A stretch of DNA of 30,140 nt from a virus (lineage: Duplodnaviria > Caudoviricetes), in the IMG/VR virus record IMGVR_UViG_3300032330_000331, positions 1-30,140 of that record; one strand, 5' to 3'. The notes under the pieces are model-generated. The model was not told the DNA's origin. It did no database searches and saw only the letters and a program-made list of their open reading frames with translations. Of the stretch, positions 7,714 through 15,320 are shown piece after piece. How positions within the stretch are numbered: the stretch's first letter is position 1; each line of letters opens with the position of its first letter. Both the position numbers and the translations under genes were made by a program.

Positions 7714-8189
7714 ATACAAATGCTTGTTGTAATTGTGGTTATATTGGTAAATTAGAAAACCATCATGTTGTGCCAAAAGTTATGGGAGGTGCTTTTACAG
7801 TTCCATTATGTGTAAAATGTCATGGATTAGTTCATGGAAGAGATTTTGTTAAATCAAGAAATTTACAATTAATAGGTATTGAAAAAGCAAAACTAAATGG
7901 TAAATATAAGGGTGGGAATAGAAAACCTGAAACATTTGATAATTGGATTAAAAAGAAATATATAAAAGAAATATGTGTTTATAGAATTAATACTAATTAT
8001 TCTTATAGAGACATTTCAGAAACTGTTGGTTGTTCATTAAGCACAGTTCAAAAAGTTTACAAATTAATTTCATATGATGTTGCTGCTGCTATTGCAAAAG
8101 AACAAACAATAAATATTGAAAAAGTATTAAAAAAAGAAATTTTAATAAATAGATATCAAAATAAAATTAATAAATTAACTCAAATATGA
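7710..8189 (+). CDS. HNH endonuclease with C-terminal resolvase-like arm and HTH
   Basis: CCNC..ENHHVVP..GG..VPLCVKCHGLVH; GIEKAKLNGKYKGG; YSYRDISETVGCSLSTV. ATG 7710 gives ATGA overlap. Confidence 0.8.
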   Translation: MNTNACCNCGYIGKLENHHVVPKVMGGAFTVPLCVKCHGLVHGRDFVKSRNLQLIGIEKAKLNGKYKGGNRKPETFDNWIKKKYIKEICVYRINTNYSYRDISETVGCSLSTVQKVYKLISYDVAAAIAKEQTINIEKVLKKEILINRYQNKINKLTQI

Positions 8190-8413
8190 ATCAACTAATC
8201 GAAGACCAAATAGTCATTCGTGTTCTAAGCCGATTTGCCGAACGTTCGCAAGTAGGAATAGCCAAGTACAACACAACGCTAGAAAGAACTGATTTAAGCA
8301 CGTTAGAATGGCTTACACACGCACAAGAAGAAGCAATGGACTTTGTACTTTACTTGGAACGACTGAAAGACGAATTTAAAACAAAAGATGTGTCACGAAC
8401 AATGCCTAAATAA
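8186..8413 (+). CDS. Small phage protein, possibly all-alpha NTP-pyrophosphohydrolase (MazG-like) fold
   Basis: RSQVGIAKYNTTL..WLTHAQEEAMDFVLY with an EExxD acidic motif; the ORF is solid, the function tentative. Confidence 0.55.
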   Translation: MNQLIEDQIVIRVLSRFAERSQVGIAKYNTTLERTDLSTLEWLTHAQEEAMDFVLYLERLKDEFKTKDVSRTMPK

Positions 8414-8419
8414 ACACGG

Positions 8420-8587
8420 ATGAAAATAACAATAGAACAATACGAACACACGGTAACACATGAAGTGCCATTTAACGATGTAGACTTAGACGAAGCATTA
8501 AGAATGTGTGAAGGACTATTAAAAGCAATTGGATATGTATTCAGCGGAAACCTTCAAATATTAGATGAACAAATCAATCAAGAATAA
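8420..8587 (+). CDS. Hypothetical protein, 55 aa (MKITIEQYEHTVTHE...), not in ORF track
   Basis: ATG 6 nt after previous stop; open to TAA. Confidence 0.7.
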   Translation: MKITIEQYEHTVTHEVPFNDVDLDEALRMCEGLLKAIGYVFSGNLQILDEQINQE

Positions 8588-8608
8588 GTGGCAATTTTTA
8601 CCACTTAT
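8584..8608. repeat. Inverted repeat upstream of mini-gene array
   Basis: ATAAGTGG-N9-CCACTTAT. Confidence 0.6.
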
Positions 8609-8666
8609 CTTAAATAGAAATGATATTAATTAAGTAAAACACGGATAAATTTAAACAACAAGAACA

Positions 8667-8879
8667 ATGAAAAAGAAACAAGTAGCAACTAAAGAACAAG
8701 CAAAAGAATTAGTAGATAAATTTAATTTTAGTTGCAGAGAATGTGATAATGCTATATTATCAGCACAAGTAGCAGTAGATACAATTATTGAAAGTGATTG
8801 CTTACATATGCCCGAAGATAGATTGTATTGGAAATCAGTAAGAAAAGAACTTGATATTTTTAAACAACAAGAACAATGA
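8667..8879 (+). CDS. Cassette ORF 1, 70 aa
   Basis: Starts at ATG of repeat 1 and reads through repeat 2 as KQQEQ*. Confidence 0.75.
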   Translation: MKKKQVATKEQAKELVDKFNFSCRECDNAILSAQVAVDTIIESDCLHMPEDRLYWKSVRKELDIFKQQEQ

Positions 8880-9055
8880 AAGTGATATATGAACAAGATT
8901 TAGGTATGGAAACCTACGCAGAAGTAAGAGTAACTTCTAATAAAAAGTATGTAGTATTTGTAACACCTATGTTTGGAGGTGATTTCTTTCAGTACACACA
9001 AGATGAATTTGACACTTTAGAAGAAGCGAAAAAATTTGTTAACTCAATTACTTAA
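8876..9055 (+). CDS. Cassette ORF 2, 59 aa (MKVIYEQDLGMETYAEV...), not in ORF track
   Basis: ATG in repeat 2; stop is the TAA of repeat 3. Confidence 0.75.
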   Translation: MKVIYEQDLGMETYAEVRVTSNKKYVVFVTPMFGGDFFQYTQDEFDTLEEAKKFVNSIT

Positions 9056-9067
9056 ACAACAAGAACA

Positions 9068-9211
9068 ATGAAGATAGTTAGCCTTTACCCAAGCAATGAT
9101 GTATACCAAGTAGTAAGTGAAGATGAATCAAGTGTTCACTTTCAAGGTAGAAAGGAAGATTGCATGAGATATTTACTTGAGCAAGAACTAATTAAAAACG
9201 GAATAATCTAA
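9068..9211 (+). CDS. Cassette ORF 3, 47 aa (MKIVSLYPSNDVYQVV...), not in ORF track
   Basis: ATG in repeat 3; stop is the TAA of repeat 4. Confidence 0.75.
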   Translation: MKIVSLYPSNDVYQVVSEDESSVHFQGRKEDCMRYLLEQELIKNGII

Positions 9212-9223
9212 ACAACAAGAACA

Positions 9224-9328
9224 ATGAAAGAGAAAACACTAGCAATCCTATTTCTGCTTTTTGCACTATCCGTTTTTTGCTACGGATTCCTACATTTTGT
9301 AGGTTATATATGGCGAGGAGCATTTTAA
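9224..9328 (+). CDS. Membrane peptide, 34 aa (MKEKTLAILFLLFALSVFCYGFLHFVGYIWRGAF)
   Basis: ATG in repeat 4; one hydrophobic helix. Confidence 0.65.
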   Translation: MKEKTLAILFLLFALSVFCYGFLHFVGYIWRGAF

Positions 9329-9353
9329 ACGTAAACAATTAAATATATATACA

Positions 9354-9509
9354 ATGGAAAAACAAACATTTGAACAAGCAGTAAAGCCATTAATGAAATG
9401 GTTAAGTGAAAACAAAAATCCACACACTACGGCAATAGTTACAAGTAATGTATCTGAATTAGTAGAAGGTGTTGAAGTAGTAAACACAGATGAATTTTTA
9501 ATTGATTAA
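9354..9509 (+). CDS. Hypothetical protein, 51 aa (MEKQTFEQAVKPLMKWLSEN...), not in ORF track
   Basis: A-rich leader, ATG to TAA, fills the gap on the coding strand. Confidence 0.7.
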   Translation: MEKQTFEQAVKPLMKWLSENKNPHTTAIVTSNVSELVEGVEVVNTDEFLID

Positions 9510-9520
9510 ATTTAAACAAA

Positions 9521-9760
9521 ATGGAAAACAAGTTAAACACGGGAGCAATCTTCAAAAACACGAACAAGAAAGCGGATAACCACCCAGACTACAAAGGAAA
9601 AGTAAACGTAAATGGCAAAGAAATGGAAGTTGCGTTATGGGTTAAACAAGGTAAAGCAGGATCATTCTTCTCTGCAGCATTCTCAGAACCATACGTTGCA
9701 CCTGAGACAACAGAAAGAAGACCAGTAAGTGATGATATGGATGATGACCTTCCCTTTTAG
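9521..9760 (+). CDS. Small ssDNA-binding-like protein (DUF736-like)
   Basis: GAIFKN..HPDYKG..ALW core and SSB-type acidic tail DDMDDDLPF. Confidence 0.7.
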   Translation: MENKLNTGAIFKNTNKKADNHPDYKGKVNVNGKEMEVALWVKQGKAGSFFSAAFSEPYVAPETTERRPVSDDMDDDLPF

Positions 9761-9798
9761 AAAGGCAACCAAAAACTACCTTTTTACGTTATAGTAAT

Positions 9799-10293
9799 AT
9801 GAAAACAAAAAATTGTATTGTATGTAATGTTGAGAAGGTAGTTTCTGAATATTATGTTCATCGTAAAATGACTGATGGACACTTAAATAAATGTAAAGAT
9901 TGTTGTAAATTACAGGCAACTGAAAGGCATCATAGATTATATAAAGATGAATCATTTGTTGAAAGCGAAAGAAAACGAGGGCGTGAAAAATATCAAAGGT
10001 TGAATTACTTAGAAAAGTATAGAAATATAACTGATGATAAACCTTGGATGAAAACGCAGATATATAAAAATTTACATAGATTAAATAAATGTGAAAAAGG
10101 TTATGAGTTACATCATTGGAATTATAATTATTTAAATGATGTGTTAGTTATGACTATTTCAGAACATAGAAAAATCCATAGAAAAATGAAATTAGATAAA
10201 GAAAAAAAAATATTTACTTACGATGGAATGTATTTAGATACATTAGAAAAACATAAAGCGGCAATAGAAAAAATACTTTCTAATGTACATTGA
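9799..10293 (+). CDS. Zinc-finger plus degenerate HNH endonuclease-like protein
   Basis: CIVC..EK..EYY..DGHLNKCKDC; ELHHWNY...EHRKIH. Confidence 0.7.
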   Translation: MKTKNCIVCNVEKVVSEYYVHRKMTDGHLNKCKDCCKLQATERHHRLYKDESFVESERKRGREKYQRLNYLEKYRNITDDKPWMKTQIYKNLHRLNKCEKGYELHHWNYNYLNDVLVMTISEHRKIHRKMKLDKEKKIFTYDGMYLDTLEKHKAAIEKILSNVH

Positions 10294-10483
10294 CGAGGGT
10301 GAGTTGCGTAAGCAATTAGTGAAGTTGTTACGTAGCAAAACACGAAATCAAATCGTGCAGGACATTAAATCAAAAACAGGAAAGTTTCACCAATATCAAA
10401 TAGACAAATTCTTGCAAGGCAAAGACATCACACTAAGCACTGCAATCAAATTAGACGAATATTTACTGCGTGAAAGAATGTAA
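10283..10483 (+). CDS. Small putative HTH/Cro-like protein
   Basis: QYQIDKFLQGKDITLSTAIKLDEYL resembles an XRE C-terminal half. Confidence 0.55.
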   Translation: MYIDEGELRKQLVKLLRSKTRNQIVQDIKSKTGKFHQYQIDKFLQGKDITLSTAIKLDEYLLRERM

Positions 10484-10487
10484 ACAG

Positions 10488-10513
10488 AAGCCACTTTAAC
10501 AGGTGGCTTTTTT
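10488..10513 (+). terminator. Intrinsic terminator ending the early/middle region
   Basis: AAGCCAC...GTGGCTT stem and T run. Confidence 0.8.
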
Positions 10514-10532
10514 ATTGTTGAAAACTTTTTAG

Positions 10533-10562
10533 CAACGTGATTAGATTTTCATCGTAAGTTTG
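10533..10562 (+). promoter_or_regulatory. Overlapping ECF-type and host-type promoters of the sigma gene
   Basis: CAAC-N16-CGTAA (10533-10557) overlapping TAAGTTTG (10555-10562). Confidence 0.6.
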
Positions 10563-10577
10563 ATTAGAATTTAACCA

Positions 10578-11105
10578 ATGGATAAATTACAAACACTTGC
10601 AAAGCATCACAAAGATTGGGTGAGAATCGTCAATAGTTTTGGCGAATACTTCCTAGCTGATGACATTGTACAAGAAACATATATTAAAATTATACGTTTA
10701 AATCATATAGATAAGATAGTAACTGACTCAGTCAATAAAAACATTATGTGGTTAATCCTGCGTAGTGTTTATGTGGATCATTTAAGAGCTAGAAAGATTG
10801 AAAGCGTATCTATTGACGATTGTGTAAAATTAAGTTATGATGATTGCAACGTAGAAAAACACGAAGCATTTAACATAATTGAACAAAAGATACAGGAAGA
10901 AGTAGATAAATGGCATTGGTACGACATAAAACTATTTAATCTATACAGAGAATCAAACTTATCAATGCGTGAGATAGCAGAAGAAACAGATATCAGTTTG
11001 ACTTCTATATTTAACACATTAAAGAACTGCAAGGAAAGACTTAAAGAATCAATTGGAGAAGATTTTGAAGATTATTTAAACGAAGATTTTGAACTAATAA
11101 AATAA
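10578..11105 (+). CDS. Phage ECF-type sigma-70 factor (probable late sigma)
   Basis: Region 2 ADDIVQETYIKI..WLILRSVYVDHLR; region 4 LSMREIAEETDISLTSIFNTL. Confidence 0.85.
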   Translation: MDKLQTLAKHHKDWVRIVNSFGEYFLADDIVQETYIKIIRLNHIDKIVTDSVNKNIMWLILRSVYVDHLRARKIESVSIDDCVKLSYDDCNVEKHEAFNIIEQKIQEEVDKWHWYDIKLFNLYRESNLSMREIAEETDISLTSIFNTLKNCKERLKESIGEDFEDYLNEDFELIK

Positions 11106-11107
11106 AT

Positions 11108-11341
11108 ATGAAATTATCAAGATTAGAATTAGTAGAATTAAATTTGTTTCTTAGAGTTATAGCTAGTCAATACAAACACTTTGGTAAAGAAGTTAATAAC
11201 TTAGGTAAATTAATTGATGAAGTTGAAGCTGAAGATGAATTAGATAATTATTATTATCAACAGTTACAAAAATCTCAAAAGGAGATAAAAATGCTTAGAG
11301 ATGATTTAGCAGAACTAAGTAAAGAACACTTTAAAAAATAA
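11108..11341 (+). CDS. Hypothetical helical protein
   Basis: 77-aa ORF in operon. Confidence 0.65.
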   Translation: MKLSRLELVELNLFLRVIASQYKHFGKEVNNLGKLIDEVEAEDELDNYYYQQLQKSQKEIKMLRDDLAELSKEHFKK

Positions 11342-11344
11342 ACA

Positions 11345-11728
11345 ATGGCAAAACGAGTAATTAAAAAAGCACAAGGATTAGGAGATACAATCGAACAAAT
11401 CACAGAAGCAACGGGAATTAAAAAGCTAGTTAAGTTTATTGCTGGAGATGACTGCGGATGTGATGAACGCAAAGCAAAGCTAAACGCATTATTTCCATAC
11501 AACAAACCTGAATGTTTAACAGAAGTTGAATATAATTACCTAAACGAAACACAGGTACTTTACAAGAACTCAATCAAACCTTCAGAGCAAGACGAAATTC
11601 TAAAGATTTATAATCGTGTTTTCAAAGTAAGACAAGAGCCAACATCTTGTGCTAGTTGTTTACGTGAAATAGTTGTAAAGATGCAACAAGTATTCAACGA
11701 ATATAAAGAGGAAGATGCCAATTCCTAA
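11345..11728 (+). CDS. Cys-containing phage protein
   Basis: GLGDTIEQIT.ATGIK..DCGCDERK..LN..FPY and CASC motifs. Confidence 0.75.
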   Translation: MAKRVIKKAQGLGDTIEQITEATGIKKLVKFIAGDDCGCDERKAKLNALFPYNKPECLTEVEYNYLNETQVLYKNSIKPSEQDEILKIYNRVFKVRQEPTSCASCLREIVVKMQQVFNEYKEEDANS

Positions 11729-12149
11729 ACCACATTCAGGAGAATCAGAAGCAGACTTTTTAAAGAGATGTATGTCTGACAATATAATGATAAACGAATA
11801 CGATACACAACAACGTAGTGCAATTTGTCGCACCAGCTATACAGAGAAACTTGCAGTAGAAAAGATATCGTTTGATTATGACGGAACATTCTCAACTAAA
11901 AAAGGATTTGATAGAGCAGTCAATCTTATTCAATCCGGTGCAGATGTGTACATCATTTCAGCGAGAGATTCAAAAGACGGAATGTTAGTAAGAGCAAACA
12001 AAGCAGGAATACTATTCTCAAGAGTTTACGCTACTGGAAGCAACGAAGCAAAAGTACAAAAGGTAAAAGACTTAAATATTACTGTTCACTACGATAACAA
12101 TCAAGATGTAGTTAATCAACTTCCAAACATAGGAAGACTTTTTACATAA
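11715..12149 (+). CDS. HAD-superfamily-like protein with short N-terminal PIPKP..RCM domain
   Basis: ISFDYDGT (DxDGT), IISAR, K, HYDNN motifs. Confidence 0.65.
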   Translation: MPIPKPHSGESEADFLKRCMSDNIMINEYDTQQRSAICRTSYTEKLAVEKISFDYDGTFSTKKGFDRAVNLIQSGADVYIISARDSKDGMLVRANKAGILFSRVYATGSNEAKVQKVKDLNITVHYDNNQDVVNQLPNIGRLFT

Positions 12150-12156
12150 ACACGAA

Positions 12157-12345
12157 ATGAAATATTACTTAGTTGATCACGGAAAAGAAATGCTCGAAGC
12201 TGCTAATGCAGTAACAGACAATTTAACTAAATTAGGTTATCACTATGTTGTTTATCTAACAGATGCTGATGGACTAATGTGCGTAGAAGAAATAAGCGAA
12301 AATGAATTTTTAGACCACTTTAAAAACTATAAAAAAACGAAATAA
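12157..12345 (+). CDS. Hypothetical protein
   Basis: 62-aa ORF in operon. Confidence 0.65.
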   Translation: MKYYLVDHGKEMLEAANAVTDNLTKLGYHYVVYLTDADGLMCVEEISENEFLDHFKNYKKTK

Positions 12346-12348
12346 CAA

Positions 12349-12759
12349 ATGGCAAAAGTAGGAAGACCAAGAAACCTAGATTCACCAGAACAACTAAGTG
12401 AACTATTCGACAAGTATAAAACAGACGTAAAAGCGAATCCAAGAATCAAAAGCGTATTCGGAGGAAAGGAATTTGAAGAAAGAGCAGAACCACTAGAAAG
12501 ACCTCTAACATTAGAAGGATTTGAATTGTTTTGCTACGATAGAGTAGGATGCGTTGAAGATTATTTTAAGAATACTGATAAAAGATACTCAGAATTTACT
12601 CCTATCTGTACACGTATAAGAAAAGCAATACGTCAAGACCAAATCGAAGGAGGCATGGTAGGACAGTACAATCCATCCATTACACAGCGTTTGAATGGCT
12701 TAACTGAAAAAGTTGAAAGCACGATTATAACTGAGCAACCATTGTTCCCTGAGGAATAA
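12349..12759 (+). CDS. terS: Terminase small subunit (P22 gp3-like)
   Basis: GRPR...PEQL, RPLTLEGF, IRQDQIEGGMVGQYNPSITQRLNGL; directly upstream of TerL. Confidence 0.85.
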   Translation: MAKVGRPRNLDSPEQLSELFDKYKTDVKANPRIKSVFGGKEFEERAEPLERPLTLEGFELFCYDRVGCVEDYFKNTDKRYSEFTPICTRIRKAIRQDQIEGGMVGQYNPSITQRLNGLTEKVESTIITEQPLFPEE

Positions 12760-12761
12760 CT

Positions 12762-13922
12762 ATGTTTAAAAGAACAACTGCGATAAATAAGATTCTATCC
12801 TTGAAAAAACGGATTAAGATAATTCAAGGGGGAACCAGTGCGGGAAAGACATTTGGGATTTTGCCCGTGTTGATAGACAAGTGCGCTAAAGAGCCAAACC
12901 TAGAAGTATCTGTAGTAGCTGAATCAATCCCTCACTTACGAAGAGGAGCATTAAAAGACTTCGTAAAGATAATGCGTTGGACAGGCAGATACAATGACGA
13001 TAGATTCAATAAGACACTTTTAAGATACGAGTTTGGCAATGGTTCTGTAATGGAGTTTTTCTCAGCAGATGACGCATCTAAACTACGAGGAGCAAGGAGA
13101 GACATCTTATACATAAACGAGTGCAACAACGTCAGCTTTGAATCTTATAATGAGCTTTCAATCCGGACTAAAAGAGAAGTATTCTTAGACTTTAATCCTG
13201 CCAATGAGTTTTGGGTACACAAGGAACTAAAAGACGAACCTGACTCAGACTTTATAATCTTAACGTACAAGGACAACGAAGCATTAGATGAATCAATCGT
13301 AAGCCAAATAGAAAAGAATCGTGAAAAAGCAGCAACGTCATCTTATTGGGCGAATTGGTGGAAAGTGTACGGACTAGGAGAAATAGGAAGTTTAGAAGGA
13401 GTAATCTTTAATAACTGGAAAACAATAGACACAATACCAAGCGAAGCTAAGTTGATAGGAATAGGGTTAGACTTTGGTTACACGAACGATCCAACCTCAG
13501 CAATAGAAATTTACAACTACAACGGACAAAGAATTATAAACGAGATATGTTACCGTACAGGAATGGTAAATTCTGACATAGCAAAAGTGCTACCTAACAG
13601 CGTTACTATTTATGCTGATAGTTCAGAGCCTAAATCAATCGAAGAGATTCGTAGATTCGGCAAGATGATTAAAGGAGTAACCAAAGGAGTAGATTCAATC
13701 AAGTTTGGAATTGACGTAATGCAAAGACAAGAATACTTAGTGACCAGTTCCAGTACAAACCTAATCAAAGAACTTAGAAGCTATTGTTGGAGTGTAAAGA
13801 AAGACGGAGAAAAAACAAACGTACCTATTGATCACTTCAATCACGCTATTGACGCATTAAGATATCACGAGATGGAAACACTAGGTTTAAAAAAGAACTA
13901 TGGACAATACAACATCAGATGA
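12762..13922 (+). CDS. terL: Terminase large subunit (PBSX family)
   Basis: QGGTSAGKT, LYINE, DFNP, TYKDN, GLDFGYTNDP, ADSSEPKSI, NHAIDALRY. Confidence 0.95.
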   Translation: MFKRTTAINKILSLKKRIKIIQGGTSAGKTFGILPVLIDKCAKEPNLEVSVVAESIPHLRRGALKDFVKIMRWTGRYNDDRFNKTLLRYEFGNGSVMEFFSADDASKLRGARRDILYINECNNVSFESYNELSIRTKREVFLDFNPANEFWVHKELKDEPDSDFIILTYKDNEALDESIVSQIEKNREKAATSSYWANWWKVYGLGEIGSLEGVIFNNWKTIDTIPSEAKLIGIGLDFGYTNDPTSAIEIYNYNGQRIINEICYRTGMVNSDIAKVLPNSVTIYADSSEPKSIEEIRRFGKMIKGVTKGVDSIKFGIDVMQRQEYLVTSSSTNLIKELRSYCWSVKKDGEKTNVPIDHFNHAIDALRYHEMETLGLKKNYGQYNIR

Positions 13923-14091
13923 TTTACCAATGATGAAAAGAGTAGTAGAGGATTACATCTATGAAAAAACGGGTAAAAAAATCACAATAGTATTCAATGA
14001 CGTTATGCAAATCAGAAGACACTTCCAAATGTTGACTGCAGCTTTCGATATAATCCACGTACAACAAAACAAAAATAAATCGTTTAATTAA
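13900..14091 (+). CDS. Hypothetical protein
   Basis: 63-aa ORF bridging terL and next gene. Confidence 0.6.
   Translation: MDNTTSDDLPMMKRVVEDYIYEKTGKKITIVFNDVMQIRRHFQMLTAAFDIIHVQQNKNKSFN
14062..14085 (+). promoter_or_regulatory. Putative phage-sigma late promoter
   Basis: CAAC-N15-CGTTT, 7 nt before ATG 14093. Confidence 0.6.
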
Positions 14092-14092
14092 T

Positions 14093-14860
14093 ATGAAGTT
14101 AGAAATCAACGTACCTTCGAGCCTAAGTGAAATTCCACTTAAACACTATCAGGACTTTCTTAAAGTTCAGGCAGATTCCAATGATGAAGAATTTGTTGCT
14201 CAGAAGATGGTAGAAATCTTTTGTGGCATAACACTAAAGGATGTAGTTAAAATGAAGCTAACGAGCTTAAATGAGCTAATAGCACACTTCACAAAGTTAT
14301 TTTCAGAGAAGCCACAGTTTCAAAACAGGTTTAAAATAAAATCAGAAGAAGGAGAGATTGAGTTTGGATTTATTCCAGAGTTAGAAGAAATCAGTTTTGG
14401 TGAGTATGTAGATTTGGAGAATCATCTAACTACATGGGACAGTTATCACAAAGCAATGGCTGTAATGTATCGTCCGATTATCAAAACACGGAAAGATAAA
14501 TACGATGTTTTACCATATGAACCTAATCAGGACTTTCAGGAGTTAATGAAGTTTGCTCCACTAGATGTTGTCTTAGCATCAAGTGTTTTTTTTTGGAGTT
14601 TAGGAAACGAGTTATTGCAGGCTACCCTGAATTATTTAGAGAATCAGATGAAGAAGGACAAGAAGCTATCAGCGACTTTTCAGAAACAACTCAATTTGCC
14701 AAACGATGGGGATGGTATCAATCAATATATGGACTCGCTAAAGGAGACGTTACAAAGTTCGATGCAATTACCGAGCTTAGACTTACTAAATGTCTCACCT
14801 ATCTTGTCTTCGAAAAGCAAAAAAACGAAATTGAACAACGACAATTTGAACGAAATTTAA
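14093..14860 (+). CDS. Probable tail assembly chaperone (0-frame product)
   Basis: First gene of tail block; contains T9 slippery run with an overlapping -1 ORF. Confidence 0.6.
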   Translation: MKLEINVPSSLSEIPLKHYQDFLKVQADSNDEEFVAQKMVEIFCGITLKDVVKMKLTSLNELIAHFTKLFSEKPQFQNRFKIKSEEGEIEFGFIPELEEISFGEYVDLENHLTTWDSYHKAMAVMYRPIIKTRKDKYDVLPYEPNQDFQELMKFAPLDVVLASSVFFWSLGNELLQATLNYLENQMKKDKKLSATFQKQLNLPNDGDGINQYMDSLKETLQSSMQLPSLDLLNVSPILSSKSKKTKLNNDNLNEI

Positions 14861-14868
14861 AACGATGA
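14586..14868 (+). CDS. -1 frameshift extension of the chaperone (gpGT-like), ...VFFLEFRKRVIAGYPELF...
   Basis: T9 at 14586-14594; -1 frame open for 91 codons, ending in ATGA overlap with next gene. Confidence 0.7.
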
Positions 14869-15320
14869 CAGGATTCTACGATTTATTAAACAAACTAAAG
14901 GTTCATTTTGACAATGATCCTATTGTTAATTCTGTTACACAAGGTGACATCTTTCAGGTTGACTTAAACAAACAGACTATCTTTCCATTAACTCACATCA
15001 TGGTAAATAGTTCTACACTGGGAGATAACACAATGAGTTTTAATGTTTCTATTCTAGCAATGGATATAGTGGACATTTCAAAGTCTGAAGTGATTGATAT
15101 CTTTCAGGAGAATAACAACGAACTAGACGTACTTAATGCGCAACACGCAGTATTAAATAGAGCATATCAACAGATGCTTCATGGTAACTTATGGGATGCA
15201 AAATATGTAGTTGAGAATGATCCTACATTAGAACCATTTACAGAACGATTCGAGAACTTGTTAGCAGGTTGGACAATGACATTAGATATAGTAGTTCCTA
15301 ACGAAATGACTATTTGCTAA
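14865..15320 (+). CDS. Putative tail terminator / completion protein
   Basis: 151 aa, FPLTHI and GWTMTLDI strands, tail-module position. Confidence 0.55.
   Translation: MTGFYDLLNKLKVHFDNDPIVNSVTQGDIFQVDLNKQTIFPLTHIMVNSSTLGDNTMSFNVSILAMDIVDISKSEVIDIFQENNNELDVLNAQHAVLNRAYQQMLHGNLWDAKYVVENDPTLEPFTERFENLLAGWTMTLDIVVPNEMTIC

Larger units (their letters stand above)
8652..9228 (+). repeat. Four identical 20-bp direct repeats TAAACAACAAGAACAATGAA delimiting mini-ORFs
   Basis: Copies at 8652-8671, 8861-8880, 9053-9072, 9209-9228. Confidence 0.95.

Noticed and set aside
8652-9228. CRISPR array interpretation of the 20-bp repeats
   Set aside because: Intervals are 136-189 bp, unequal and each encodes an ORF; the repeat is not palindromic and no cas genes are present.
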